Part shown: one piece after another, positions 9,665-19,715 of the stretch | Layout of the letters: each line of letters starts with the position of its first letter | How positions within the stretch are numbered: the stretch's first letter is position 1 | Sequence record: OZ335963.1 | Strand: one strand, 5' to 3' | Length of the DNA stretch: 64,000 nucleotides | Origin: a phage | Position numbers and translations under genes: made by a program | The notes under the pieces: generated by a model | The model's database searches: none | Seen by the model: the letters and a program-made list of their open reading frames with translations, nothing else | What the model was told of the DNA's origin: nothing

Positions 9665-9950
9665 CACGAGAAATAATTCCTTGGTAAGCCCAATACGGTG
9701 GGTTAACAGAATCATCACCAGAATTTTCTTCAGGAAAATAAACCTGGATAACAAATCCGGATGCATCAAAGGTAAAATAAACCGTAGGTAATTCACCTAA
9801 CAATTCGGCACGATTATTAATTTCTTCGAGTTCTCTTTCACGTCCGGCCCAAAAACTAGGATTTAGACTACATTCATAGAAATAATAGTCATTACCGAAC
9901 ATATCAAAACCTTTCCAACTCTCTACCACATACCGCTCAAAACTAATCAT
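9633..9950 (-). CDS. Hypothetical protein, 105 aa
   Basis: ORF between nrdG and nrdH; acidic, aromatic-rich. Confidence 0.5.
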   Translation of the reverse strand: MISFERYVVESWKGFDMFGNDYYFYECSLNPSFWAGRERELEEINNRAELLGELPTVYFTFDASGFVIQVYFPEENSGDDSVNPPYWAYQGIISRGTKLELKEQD

Positions 9951-9952
9951 AA

Positions 9953-10168
9953 TTAAGCCTTTTTATCAAGAACAGAATTCAGTTTATTAGTAATTTTGTC
10001 CAAACGTTCATTGAATTCGCTGGAGGATAAACCCTTTTCAGGAGAAATTAAACTAATCAAGAAAAATACAACAGTAAAAGGAATAAGAAAAATAGCTCCA
10101 ACTGCCATAAACAAAAAGAATGTTACGGTTGTAAGAAAATCAGCTAAACCTTTACGAAATTTATACAT
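9953..10168 (-). CDS. Small membrane protein, 71 aa
   Basis: Hydrophobic segment TTVTFFLFMAVGAIFLIPFTVVFFLISLI. Confidence 0.5.
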   Translation of the reverse strand: MYKFRKGLADFLTTVTFFLFMAVGAIFLIPFTVVFFLISLISPEKGLSSSEFNERLDKITNKLNSVLDKKA

Positions 10169-10284
10169 ATTTTAACCCTTAATTGATTAACCAAGCATTG
10201 ATAAGCACTAAACTATATTGTGAATAAAATTCTGGACCAAAATGAAAAATCATATCATTTATAGTGTCCATAATATAATTCAAT

Positions 10285-10755
10285 TTAATCATGTTTCCAC
10301 ACCCCATCGGTATTTGACCAAAGTCGCTGATTATCTGATCCTCGCCACAGCTTTTTGGTCGGAAGATTTTTCTCATACTTCCCATCAATAATAACATCAA
10401 CATATTTAAGCATTTCTAGTTGTTTAATATCTTCAAACTTATATCCTGTCCACAACCAAATGCTTTTATTTGGATAAAGATTTTTTACTGTTTGAACAAT
10501 GCAATGAATAACATCTCGGTTATCAGGATAAAGAGGGTCACCTCCAGTTATAGTTAATCCTTCTATATAATCATTATTCAAACATTCAATTAATTGTTCT
10601 AGTGTTTCACCAGTGAATGGAACGCCATTTCTAGCGTTCCATGTTGATTTATTATAACATCCTTCACATTTATGCAAACAACCTGTAACGAAAAGAACGA
10701 CCCTGCATCCAGGGCCATTCACAAAATCGCAAGGATAAAATCTATCATAATTCAT
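10285..10755 (-). CDS. nrdG: Anaerobic ribonucleotide reductase activating protein (radical SAM)
   Basis: 156 aa; CLHKCEGC (CX3CX2C) radical-SAM cluster motif; directly downstream of nrdD; T4 NrdG is 156 aa. Confidence 0.9.
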   Translation of the reverse strand: MNYDRFYPCDFVNGPGCRVVLFVTGCLHKCEGCYNKSTWNARNGVPFTGETLEQLIECLNNDYIEGLTITGGDPLYPDNRDVIHCIVQTVKNLYPNKSIWLWTGYKFEDIKQLEMLKYVDVIIDGKYEKNLPTKKLWRGSDNQRLWSNTDGVWKHD

Positions 10756-12569
10756 TGGTGTTTAATCCTATGCATGATTTCTTTATTTTTACCGAGATTA
10801 AATCCGCGTTCGTTCGGATTTCCCAAATAACCACAAGTTCTTCTTATTGTGTTCATCTTTTTAGGATCAGTTTCTCCACAAATAGAACAAACAAACCCGT
10901 TTTCAGTAGGAGTCATTTCATGTGTACTTCCGCATGTAAAACATTTATCTACTGGCATATTAACACCAAAATAATCTAAATGTTGTGCAGCATAATCCCA
11001 TACAGCCTCAAGACCTTTTAGGTTATTTTTCATATCAGGAAGTTCAACATAAGAAATGTGACCACCTGTCGCAATGAAATGATATGGTGCTTCTCGAGAA
11101 ATCTTTTCAAACGGAGTAATATTTTCTTCTACTGAAACGTGGAAACTATTAGTGTACCATCCTTTATCAGTAACATCTTTTACACTTCCATATTTCTCAG
11201 TATCAAGTTTACAGAAGCGATAGCACAGGTTTTCAGCAGGTGTAGAATACAAACTAAAAGCAAAACCAGTTCTTTCAGTCCACTGCTTAAGACGAGCATT
11301 CATTTTAGTCAAAATTTCCTGTCCAATATCACGACCGACAAGAATATTCAATTCGTGAATACCAATGTATCCTAGGGACACTGAACTTCTACCGTTTTTA
11401 AATAACTCAATTATGTCGTCATCAGGTTTAAGACGAACCCCGAATGCACCTTCTTGGTAAAGAATAGGAGCAACAGTCGCTTTAACTCCTTTTAAGGAAC
11501 TAATTCTACACATCAAAGCTTCAAAACACAAATCCATTCGTTCATTGAACAATTCGGCAAATTTCTGTTCATTGAATTGTGTTCCAATATAAGAATCTAA
11601 CGCAATACGAGGAAGATTCAGTGTTACAACACCAAGATTATTACGTCCATCAAGAATTTCATTACCAGTCGAATCTTTCCATACGCTTAAGAAACTACGG
11701 CAACCCATTGGAGAAACAGGAATAGATGAACCGGTGATAGCTTTATTGTTCTTAGCTGAAATAATATCAGGATACATTCTTTTGCTTGCACACTCTAAAG
11801 CAAGCTGCTTAATATCATAGTTCGGATCATCTTTATAAAGATTAACACCTTCTTCAACGAACATAACAAGTTTAGGGAAAATAGGAGTTATCCCATCGCG
11901 ACCAAGGCCTTTAATACGATTTTTCAGAATTGCTTTCTGAATCATTCGTTCAGTCCAGTCAGTTCCAGTACCAAATGTAATTGTTACAAAAGGCGTTTGT
12001 CCGTTTGAACTAAAGAGAGTATTTACTTCATATTCATAAGCTTGGAATGCATCGTATACGTCTTTTTCTGTTTTAGATTGGGCATAATTCAATGCATCGG
12101 CGATTTGCCATTTTTCTGCATCCTCAATATGTTTTGCATAGGTGCGTTTAACATAAGGAGAAAGTACTTTATCTACATTCGCAAAAGTCGTTCCGCCATA
12201 TTGATGAGAAGCAACCTGCGCAGTAATTTGTGCCATAATTGCAGTAGCAACGCCGATTGATTTAGGAGTTTCAATCTGCGCATTACCGAGCTTAAATCCG
12301 TTCTCAAGCATTCCTTTTAAATCTACTAAACAGCAATTAGTAAATGGAAGAGCAGGGGAATAATCAATATCGTGGAAATGGATAATTCCGCTTTCATGCG
12401 CTTTCATAATAAAAGACGGGACCATATTTTTGGCAATGTGTTTAGACACAATACCAGCCATAAGGTCCCGTTGAGTTGGAAAAACACGAGAATCTTTATT
12501 AGCATTCTCGTTTAAAAGGTCTTTATTAGTTTTATGAATCAATCCTTCAATTTCTTTTTCAATTGTCAT
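10752..12569 (-). CDS. nrdD: Anaerobic ribonucleoside-triphosphate reductase NrdD, uninterrupted
   Basis: 605 aa continuous ORF with C-terminal glycyl-radical region and Cys-rich zinc site; same length as spliced T4 NrdD. Confidence 0.92.
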   Translation of the reverse strand: MTIEKEIEGLIHKTNKDLLNENANKDSRVFPTQRDLMAGIVSKHIAKNMVPSFIMKAHESGIIHFHDIDYSPALPFTNCCLVDLKGMLENGFKLGNAQIETPKSIGVATAIMAQITAQVASHQYGGTTFANVDKVLSPYVKRTYAKHIEDAEKWQIADALNYAQSKTEKDVYDAFQAYEYEVNTLFSSNGQTPFVTITFGTGTDWTERMIQKAILKNRIKGLGRDGITPIFPKLVMFVEEGVNLYKDDPNYDIKQLALECASKRMYPDIISAKNNKAITGSSIPVSPMGCRSFLSVWKDSTGNEILDGRNNLGVVTLNLPRIALDSYIGTQFNEQKFAELFNERMDLCFEALMCRISSLKGVKATVAPILYQEGAFGVRLKPDDDIIELFKNGRSSVSLGYIGIHELNILVGRDIGQEILTKMNARLKQWTERTGFAFSLYSTPAENLCYRFCKLDTEKYGSVKDVTDKGWYTNSFHVSVEENITPFEKISREAPYHFIATGGHISYVELPDMKNNLKGLEAVWDYAAQHLDYFGVNMPVDKCFTCGSTHEMTPTENGFVCSICGETDPKKMNTIRRTCGYLGNPNERGFNLGKNKEIMHRIKHQ

Positions 12570-13039
12570 TTTAAACTCTTTCTAAGCTGCTTCTTAAATG
12601 AAGCTATTAATTGTGTTTTAGTGTCAGATTCATTATATTCAAATCCTCTTTGAAGCATCTCAGCCATCATTTCCTCTTTTCCTAAACGAGAAAATTCCTT
12701 TGATTTATCTCCAACGAAGTTAGGGTGAATATTATTTTGGGTGTAATCGGATTTTAAATAAGTAAGTAAATTTTCTAACCATTCAAGATAATCAACACCT
12801 TGTCCCTTTAAGCCAGAACGATTAAATTTATGCTTCATTTGACCTTCCGCTGCATTGCAGAGATTACAGAGCAATCCACGTACCTTTCCTGCTTTTGGTC
12901 CATTTAATTCATGGTCATGGTCAAGGTGATTAGCTTGAACATCAGGATTTAGTTCTCGTTGGCAAATTAAGCATTTACCGTTTTGTGCATCATAAAATTT
13001 CTGTTTTTCTTCTTTGTATAATTTGCCAGTCAATAACAT
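12566..13039 (-). CDS. 49: Endonuclease VII (Holliday junction resolvase) gp49
   Basis: 157 aa; Cys-rich N-terminus CLICQ...; T4 gp49 is 157 aa. Confidence 0.9.
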   Translation of the reverse strand: MLLTGKLYKEEKQKFYDAQNGKCLICQRELNPDVQANHLDHDHELNGPKAGKVRGLLCNLCNAAEGQMKHKFNRSGLKGQGVDYLEWLENLLTYLKSDYTQNNIHPNFVGDKSKEFSRLGKEEMMAEMLQRGFEYNESDTKTQLIASFKKQLRKSLK

Positions 13040-13088
13040 AATAAAACCCTTACCTTGAATAGATAAGGGTATTTATTATTTTCAAGTA

Positions 13089-13553
13089 TTAAAATGCTCG
13101 GCCAGAAAAAGAATTTTGAGTTTCAAGCCATTCAATATATTCTGCTGCAGCTTGCATTAAATTTCCTTCATAACCATCATTATTTTCTTGTGCAGCTAAT
13201 TTAGCTAATGCATATGAAATACGTTCACCTTGAAAAGCAGCTTCAGGCTTCCGAATAACTTGATCAACTCGTTCTACAACTTCTTCAATTTCGCCATTTT
13301 CTACTGATTCAGTATTCCACAAGCACCAATAGGCAGTTGGCTTATCGTAGATGTTAATAATCTTTCCATCAGAAAGTTCAATTTCAATAATTCCAGTATC
13401 AGGTTCTATATCATCTTCGCATTCTTTTGCAAGTTCACGAACTTTAAAGACAGTACCTGCACTAAGTTCCGGCCAGTAATTACACAGCTCTTTATCAGCA
13501 CGATTAATTCTAAACCACTTATCTACTACAATCATATCCCATCTCCATATCAA
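13089..13553 (-). CDS. Hypothetical protein, possibly the Pin protease-inhibitor homolog
   Basis: 154 aa ORF next to gene 49, where T4 carries pin (161 aa as recalled); assignment by position only. Confidence 0.35.
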   Translation of the reverse strand: MIWRWDMIVVDKWFRINRADKELCNYWPELSAGTVFKVRELAKECEDDIEPDTGIIEIELSDGKIINIYDKPTAYWCLWNTESVENGEIEEVVERVDQVIRKPEAAFQGERISYALAKLAAQENNDGYEGNLMQAAAEYIEWLETQNSFSGRAF

Positions 13554-13658
13554 TTAAGTCGTTTATCGTTGGTTCATTATATACTGTTTCTTCATCAGTG
13601 TAAACCGGTTCTTCCGGCTCTGGCTCTACTGTTTCCCATCTAGCCGCCCACCAGGGTT

Positions 13659-13979
13659 TTATAGCGTAATCCATTCTCGTATTGTCTGAGTTACTACACG
13701 TTCACGGGGCTCGACTAGTTCAACAGTCGGAACTGCATAATACCAGTCAGAATGGTAAGAACCTGAGCGAGATTCATTTACAGACACATGAACGTTATGT
13801 TTTGGACTAAAATAAACACACTGCCGATATTGGCATTTGCCATCTTGTACCCAATCTTCTATTTCGACAGGTTTAAGATAATCCGAAAAATCGAAATCAT
13901 AATTTTCTGAAAATGCATCATGGTCTTCGATGATTTCACTCAGAACTGCATCAACATCTAATTTATTTTCAATAGTCAT
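13659..13979 (-). CDS. Hypothetical protein, 106 aa
   Basis: ORF in the 49 to nrdC interval. Confidence 0.5.
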   Translation of the reverse strand: MTIENKLDVDAVLSEIIEDHDAFSENYDFDFSDYLKPVEIEDWVQDGKCQYRQCVYFSPKHNVHVSVNESRSGSYHSDWYYAVPTVELVEPRERVVTQTIREWITL

Positions 13980-14284
13980 TTGTCACACCACCAATTCGAT
14001 ACTTCAAAATCAGGTTCACCGTTTTCCCAATACCAAGGACCCACCGGATGCCAATCACCATGCTCATCTTCTTCAAATTCTTCAGATTCAAGCCCAACAT
14101 ATTGCCATTGGACTTCATAAGCGGTATCACCGATTACAACCGTGTTCTCACCATACGGATTAGCCACAACAAAGTCAATACCTTCTGCTTTAGCCAACCA
14201 AACCATGTATTCATAGAGTTTATATTCTAGGTCGTCTTCGGTGCCATCACCTAGAAAAATGGTTTGTTCGTTTAACCCAATCAT
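13976..14284 (-). CDS. Hypothetical protein, 102 aa, Trp-rich acidic
   Basis: ORF in the 49 to nrdC interval. Confidence 0.5.
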   Translation of the reverse strand: MIGLNEQTIFLGDGTEDDLEYKLYEYMVWLAKAEGIDFVVANPYGENTVVIGDTAYEVQWQYVGLESEEFEEDEHGDWHPVGPWYWENGEPDFEVSNWWCDK

Positions 14285-14469
14285 AATTCCACCATAAATT
14301 CAAATAACTGGTCGCGTACACAAGTATCAGTCCAACCCCATTCGTTGGCTTCTTCTTTTAACCAATCCGGGAGATTTGCTAATACGGTTTCTTTACTAGG
14401 GGCAGGAGTATCAAACTCTCTCGCCAACTCTCTTGCGCAGGTTTTATAGGCCATATCAAATTCAGTCAT
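14281..14469 (-). CDS. Hypothetical protein, 62 aa
   Basis: ORF immediately downstream of nrdC with a 4-nt overlap. Confidence 0.45.
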   Translation of the reverse strand: MTEFDMAYKTCARELAREFDTPAPSKETVLANLPDWLKEEANEWGWTDTCVRDQLFEFMVEL

Positions 14470-14729
14470 TTGAAATATGCTCGCAGTTCGTCAAATCCGC
14501 CAATAGAAGTTCCATCAGGAGCAAATACCTGAGGCATCGTCAATCCGATTTGAGTATCACGACCTAGTTTCGTCAGAAGCTCAGCGATTTTCTCATCATC
14601 AAAAACGCCTTTTTCCGGCATAATGTTGATAAATTCAAACGGCTGTTTCTTCACAGTCAAAAGACGTTTTGCATTATCGCAATACACACATTTGTGGATG
14701 TTGCTATCATAACCATATACTTTAAACAT
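14466..14729 (-). CDS. nrdC: Phage thioredoxin NrdC
   Basis: 87 aa; active site CVYC (KCVYCDNAKRLL); matches T4 thioredoxin length and motif. Confidence 0.9.
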   Translation of the reverse strand: MFKVYGYDSNIHKCVYCDNAKRLLTVKKQPFEFINIMPEKGVFDDEKIAELLTKLGRDTQIGLTMPQVFAPDGTSIGGFDELRAYFK

Positions 14730-14819
14730 ATTATTCCTTAATTCCTAGTACTTGTTTAAAAGTCTCGTCGTAATCAAGACTTTGGCCCGTTTGTTCTTTA
14801 TGTTTGTATATAATATCAC

Positions 14820-14972
14820 TTACTTCTGATAGCATATTTTATATGAACGAGTTAAAGCAGATTTAAGCACGCTGTATCTATCAGGAAATTTACCATGTTC
14901 ATTATAATACGCTATTGCTAATTCACGGACTGCCTTTTCAGCAATCTCCATATATTCTTTACGCTTGGTCAT
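14820..14972 (-). CDS. Hypothetical small protein, 50 aa
   Basis: Hand-translated [50 protein letters not shown]; start overlaps the stop of the Zn-ribbon ORF. Confidence 0.35.
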
Positions 14973-15276
14973 TTTCTTCTCGGTCAAATCGGTGTTTGCA
15001 ATGACGACATTTATAACGAAGATTACTAGTCTGCCAATGGACTAATTGAACCTGTTCAGTACCGCATTCAGGACAATTAGGAACGTTTTTAGAAGCCCTT
15101 TCGCGACGTTCAACCATAGCCATAATGGCATCCCAAGCTGGAGGTTTAAAGTCTAAATCATCACAATCATGAATCTTTCCACGCATTTCCAGATCGTCTT
15201 CTTCACCAGCCATAATAATTTTAATTAGACTGGAATTACTTGAAGCTGCGATATCTTCTAATAGACGCTTTTTCAT
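14959..15276 (-). CDS. Zinc-ribbon protein, 105 aa
   Basis: CPECG...(about 17 aa)...CRHCKH four-Cys motif. Confidence 0.5.
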   Translation of the reverse strand: MKKRLLEDIAASSNSSLIKIIMAGEEDDLEMRGKIHDCDDLDFKPPAWDAIMAMVERRERASKNVPNCPECGTEQVQLVHWQTSNLRYKCRHCKHRFDREENDQA

Positions 15277-16202
15277 TTTAATACCTCAATAGCATTACGT
15301 AAACCATTTGCTTTTGCATTAAGAGCTTTTAACAATTTGGTGTGTTCGGCAATCTGGGCTTCAACTTCAATTAAGCGAGCATTGAGATATTCACGTTCTT
15401 CGCTCAAGTTATCAATCTTTTCTACTTTAGGCTCTTTTACAACTGTCTTATATGTATTAGGGTTCTTCAGTTTAATTAGAATGCGTGAACTGTATAACAT
15501 TGAACCATTATCTTCGGTTTCGTCATACATTTCTACTACGTCCATGATTTTTAGCATCATGCGGAGTTTATAAGACAACGAACGAATAGTTTTGTTGTGC
15601 TTATTAATTTCTTTAGAGTTCATGGTGCCGAGATTACGTGAGTAATAATAAGGAACCTGGATATCAATTGACAATGATGCGTTACCATTACCAGTTGGTT
15701 TGAATACTGCAGTAACCCAATCTTTAACATGAACTTTATTTGTACGGTCATCGCCAGCGGTAAATAGTTTACGAGCATGCTTAAAAAGCATATTCACTTG
15801 GTCATTGAATTGACAAGAGAATTTATCAGCAAATTTAGTTTCAGGAATGGTAGATAGCCAATCAGCCAAATGGGTCTTTTTAACATCGTTAACAATAGTA
15901 AATTCAACCAAATCGGTTATAGATGTCGTAGATTTAATGAAGCTCGGCTTCATAAAGTTTTTAATGTTATCGCGAGCTACAGTAGAAGATAACATACGAG
16001 AACGTTTAAACCATTCAAGCAAATTGCCTAATGAATGAGAATAGGCGTTCTGAGTATCTTTACAGATATGATTTTCCTGGCCAACATATTGAAGGAAATC
16101 ACGAAGAATATTATTGATTACTGCTCTGTGTCCGATATTATAATTACGGTGTTTAGTAATAAGACTGTCAAAATAATCAATATAATGTTTACGAGTTTTC
16201 AT
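15273..16202 (-). CDS. Hypothetical protein, paralog family member A (309 aa), C-terminal coiled coil
   Basis: Shares MKTR N-terminus, FKP..N.SLSI and K.MDVV motifs with ORF 17314-18342; heptad-like C-terminus. Confidence 0.6.
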   Translation of the reverse strand: MKTRKHYIDYFDSLITKHRNYNIGHRAVINNILRDFLQYVGQENHICKDTQNAYSHSLGNLLEWFKRSRMLSSTVARDNIKNFMKPSFIKSTTSITDLVEFTIVNDVKKTHLADWLSTIPETKFADKFSCQFNDQVNMLFKHARKLFTAGDDRTNKVHVKDWVTAVFKPTGNGNASLSIDIQVPYYYSRNLGTMNSKEINKHNKTIRSLSYKLRMMLKIMDVVEMYDETEDNGSMLYSSRILIKLKNPNTYKTVVKEPKVEKIDNLSEEREYLNARLIEVEAQIAEHTKLLKALNAKANGLRNAIEVLK

Positions 16203-16254
16203 GTTCTTCTCACTTGGTTAATGATTTATACTCCGAGCCATCCATGGCTTTAAA

Positions 16255-17256
16255 TTACTTAATTAACTGTAAAGCTTGTTCAAGACGATCCAGGCGATTA
16301 ACAGATTCTTCCCAAATCCTTTTAGCCTGCTCATAATCTTTCTGCGCTTTATTAGAAATTTCTAGAGCTTCTTTATAAGCTTTTTCTAATGCAATAACTT
16401 CTGGACGAATTTCTACCGATTCAGGTGAATCATCAAGATTATCCATTAGTTCCTCAGGGGTAGTTTCTTCTTTAGGAGTATTCACAATTTCCTCACATTT
16501 TTGTTGATAAATTTCTTTATCAGTCGGTGAGTACGCGCACTTTACTTCACGAAGACTAACTACAATTTTGTATCCTTCCCAACCGCACATATTTTTAAAA
16601 GGATAAGTATAAATATTTTCTACTGTTTCCATACAAAGTAGTGCAGTCTCTAATTGACGAGTTATATCGCTAGCGATTGAGAAAAATTTATTAATGTTCT
16701 TTTGATTAGCTTCTGGTGTAAAAAATTCATAATTCACAAAAATAGCTGCTTTATTTTTATCAAGCTCATATTCTTTTATGATAATCATATCAGAAGCCCA
16801 AGGATGGATTTGACGATAATCGCCATAGCATAATTTAGAAGCTGATTTTAGAATTTGCTTCTTGAAAAGTCTAAAATTACTAATCCAACGACGAGTAAAA
16901 ATATTCTCAGGGTCTTCTTTAATATTAAGATGATAAGAATTAACATCACCGAACCAATTGTATCCTACTACATCTTTAGTTCGTTTAATTTCTTTCCCAA
17001 ATTTACTAAGAATATCTTGATTAACTAAATATGAAAGAAGACGAGACCCTTTAAAGGTTTCCTTAATATCATCTTTATATTCGCGACTAGAAATTTTATG
17101 AACTTCATGAATAAATTTGTTGGAAGAAACAATACTTGCATCAGTATTATTGAGCCATTGATTGATAATGGAAATAACACTATTCTGACTAGACATAGGT
17201 TTAACTTTATCATCAATAACACTATTGAACGATTTGATATATTCGTTACGAGTCAT
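16255..17256 (-). CDS. Hypothetical protein, paralog family member B (about 333 aa), C-terminal coiled coil
   Basis: Track ORF 16255-17307 overlaps a promoter; the ATG at 17256 has a GAGGAG RBS. Shares the F(K/R)KQ.LK..S.AS.L motif with member C. Confidence 0.6.
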   Translation of the reverse strand: MTRNEYIKSFNSVIDDKVKPMSSQNSVISIINQWLNNTDASIVSSNKFIHEVHKISSREYKDDIKETFKGSRLLSYLVNQDILSKFGKEIKRTKDVVGYNWFGDVNSYHLNIKEDPENIFTRRWISNFRLFKKQILKSASKLCYGDYRQIHPWASDMIIIKEYELDKNKAAIFVNYEFFTPEANQKNINKFFSIASDITRQLETALLCMETVENIYTYPFKNMCGWEGYKIVVSLREVKCAYSPTDKEIYQQKCEEIVNTPKEETTPEELMDNLDDSPESVEIRPEVIALEKAYKEALEISNKAQKDYEQAKRIWEESVNRLDRLEQALQLIK

Positions 17257-17284
17257 ATTAATCTCCTCAGTAGAAAGTAAGAAC

Positions 17285-17314
17285 ATTATACCACATCCTT
17301 GTGGCAAAGTAAAC
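17285..17314 (-). promoter_or_regulatory. Early-type promoter (GTTTAC -35, TATAAT -10)
   Basis: Plus attata ... gtaaac; on the minus strand GTTTAC, about 18 nt, TATAAT, just upstream of paralog B. Confidence 0.45.
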
Positions 17315-18342
17315 TAGTTTAGTGCATTTAGTGCATTGTTCAGTTTAGAACGTTGCTTCGTGAGATTTTTGACTTTTTCTTGAGCTTTTTCTAGCATCTT
17401 TTCAGCTTCTAACACTTCATTAGTTGCTTTAACGAGTTCATCATCTACTGCCTTGATAGACTTCTCAATCGCATCTGCATGCCATTTTTCAACAGGTTTA
17501 AGACTCGGATTTTCAACAGGAAGAAAATTCGCTTTATTGAATTTCCATGCATCCTTATTACCTGAACTATACATCCAAAATTTAGGATCGTTTGATGAGC
17601 AATTGGATAAATTTAAGTTATAGTTATCTTGTACTTCCTGCTTTTTCTCTTGCGGGATTTCGTCCTTTCTCAAAAAATCATATTTAAATGAAACGATCAT
17701 ATCAAGTTCATATGTTGTTGTGTCTAATTTAAATCGTTCGAAATGCTGTGAAATCTTAGACTGAACAGCAGCAACAACATCCATATACTTAAATGCTTCT
17801 GTCAACTGCGATTTAAGGCATTCGCAAATTGAAAGAGAATTTTTTGTATTAGGTTTAAAGCTAATTCGTGCAGTTCTATTATTTTCTTTTAATGGTCTTA
17901 CTTCCATCTGAAGAGTATAACCATCAAATTTCAGATTCTTTAAATTAATGTCAGAACCTTTTAATCGACTAGCCGTCGACAAAATTTGTTTTAATTGTTT
18001 ACGGAATAGAGCAATAAATCTCCATTCAATACGATAATGATTTGGATTGAAAAATCCAGATGATAAATCGACCTTACTTTGACCAACGCCTTGAACAAAT
18101 AGAGGATTTTTATAATCAATAGTTTTACAGAAATCGGTGAGCTGCTCACGAGCCGTCATTTGTGTAATATACCCCGCTTTACTAAAATTACTCACCCATT
18201 CACTGCTATTTAGATATTTAAAGTGATGAATAGCACGATTAACTTTATCAGGGTCTAAATTATTTTCACACAAAAATGTCATAACATTACGAGTATCGCT
18301 GGCAGTACGAACCATATCTTCAATTTGAGAACGAGTTTTCAT
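17314..18342 (-). CDS. Hypothetical protein, paralog family member C (342 aa), C-terminal coiled coil
   Basis: Motifs shared with members A and B (see above). Confidence 0.6.
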   Translation of the reverse strand: MKTRSQIEDMVRTASDTRNVMTFLCENNLDPDKVNRAIHHFKYLNSSEWVSNFSKAGYITQMTAREQLTDFCKTIDYKNPLFVQGVGQSKVDLSSGFFNPNHYRIEWRFIALFRKQLKQILSTASRLKGSDINLKNLKFDGYTLQMEVRPLKENNRTARISFKPNTKNSLSICECLKSQLTEAFKYMDVVAAVQSKISQHFERFKLDTTTYELDMIVSFKYDFLRKDEIPQEKKQEVQDNYNLNLSNCSSNDPKFWMYSSGNKDAWKFNKANFLPVENPSLKPVEKWHADAIEKSIKAVDDELVKATNEVLEAEKMLEKAQEKVKNLTKQRSKLNNALNALN

Positions 18343-18350
18343 GGTGTTCC

Positions 18351-19241
18351 TTAAGATTTAAGTAAATCAACAATTTTAATTAACTTTTCACGCTCAGATT
18401 TAGCTTTACTACTCAATCCAGATAGTCTGAAAATTTCATCATCATATTGTTGAATAGAAATATTCAGCTCTTCAATTTGCTTATTAAAATAATCAATTTG
18501 TTCAGAATGTTTTTCATTACTACTAATTGGTACAGGTTTCGTAGGTAATGTAGTTGAACTGGATTCATCCGGGCGGTAAATTAAAATACAACTTGAACCA
18601 ATAGGGCATTTTGCACCAGATGAATATTCTAATGTTCCAGATTCTTTTAAAACTTCAAAAGCTAAACAGAGATGATGCCCCATATTAACATAATCTGTGG
18701 AGCGAGCTCTGATGTAATAATCATCGCCACGAATACTAAATTTAAAGCATTTAAGGTCTTCCGTATTATTGGTCTTAAAAATCATTTGTTTATCTAGACC
18801 TTTAGCTAATCGAGCGCCTAATGCTAATAATCGTCGTTGATTTTCCCACAAATCCGCAATCATTTGATCGAATGATAATTTCGGCATTAGTCGACCATAA
18901 AGGTCATATCCTTTATTATAATTACGAAGGATTTCACTCGCGTTAATACGAGACAATGCTCCAATTTTATTAAGAGCTTTCATAATGCGATTAGATAAAC
19001 TCATTCCAGACCCATTTGTTCGCTGTAAATGTTTTTCTAATCCAAATCCAATATCAACTTTAAACTTATCTAAAATTTCTGCATGAACATCTCTGTCGAT
19101 AACATTCAAATCCAAAGTTGGGTTAAATCTATGAAAAAATTTATCTGGCTCTGCACTGCGAAATACAGTCCATTCATTCATCATTTTTTTATTAACTAAA
19201 GATTTAATTACTGCATTGACATTATTAATTACTACTGACAT
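18351..19241 (-). CDS. Hypothetical protein, paralog family member D (about 296 aa), C-terminal coiled coil
   Basis: Track ORF 18351-19256 starts at TTG; the ATG at 19241 has a GAGGAAAA RBS. Weaker similarity (NQRRLLALGARLAKG region). Confidence 0.5.
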   Translation of the reverse strand: MSVVINNVNAVIKSLVNKKMMNEWTVFRSAEPDKFFHRFNPTLDLNVIDRDVHAEILDKFKVDIGFGLEKHLQRTNGSGMSLSNRIMKALNKIGALSRINASEILRNYNKGYDLYGRLMPKLSFDQMIADLWENQRRLLALGARLAKGLDKQMIFKTNNTEDLKCFKFSIRGDDYYIRARSTDYVNMGHHLCLAFEVLKESGTLEYSSGAKCPIGSSCILIYRPDESSSTTLPTKPVPISSNEKHSEQIDYFNKQIEELNISIQQYDDEIFRLSGLSSKAKSEREKLIKIVDLLKS

Positions 19242-19252
19242 ATTTTCCTCAC

Positions 19253-19660
19253 TCAATCAATTTCAATTTTACTAAATATACAGAATAAGATGGAACAGAC
19301 TATATAAGCACCACACACAGATTGAACTAATACCATTCCAAAGAACCAAACAATATTATCAAACAATGTCTGTTTTACGTCGAAAGGACGTAAACTTACA
19401 GTAATATTATCACCTTTTTCTATTGAAGAATACATCTCTGGGGAAATATATTCACTAAATCTATAACCGTCTTTGAGTTCATATACGGCAATAAACGATA
19501 AACTAGACCCTTTTCCTTGTGTTCCTGTAATGGTATTAACTACAGTAACATCATAATCTTTATAATGCATATAATCATTAATTGCGTAATAACCATATGC
19601 AACTACTACACATAAACAACATATCAATAAATTCAATCTTCTAATTATCAACCGTTTCAT
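19253..19660 (-). CDS. Membrane protein, 135 aa
   Basis: N-terminal and C-terminal hydrophobic helices (LLICCLCVVVAYGYYAI; VWFFGMVLVQSVCGAYIVCSILFCIF). Confidence 0.55.
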   Translation of the reverse strand: MKRLIIRRLNLLICCLCVVVAYGYYAINDYMHYKDYDVTVVNTITGTQGKGSSLSFIAVYELKDGYRFSEYISPEMYSSIEKGDNITVSLRPFDVKQTLFDNIVWFFGMVLVQSVCGAYIVCSILFCIFSKIEID

Positions 19661-19715
19661 AATAATCTCAATTAAAAGGGCTTAGAACCATTATACCATC
19701 CTTGGTATAAAGCGG

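Noticed and set aside
10752-12569. Searched nrdD for a group I intron or embedded endonuclease ORF
   Set aside because: The reading frame is continuous for 605 codons with no internal stop or non-coding insert.
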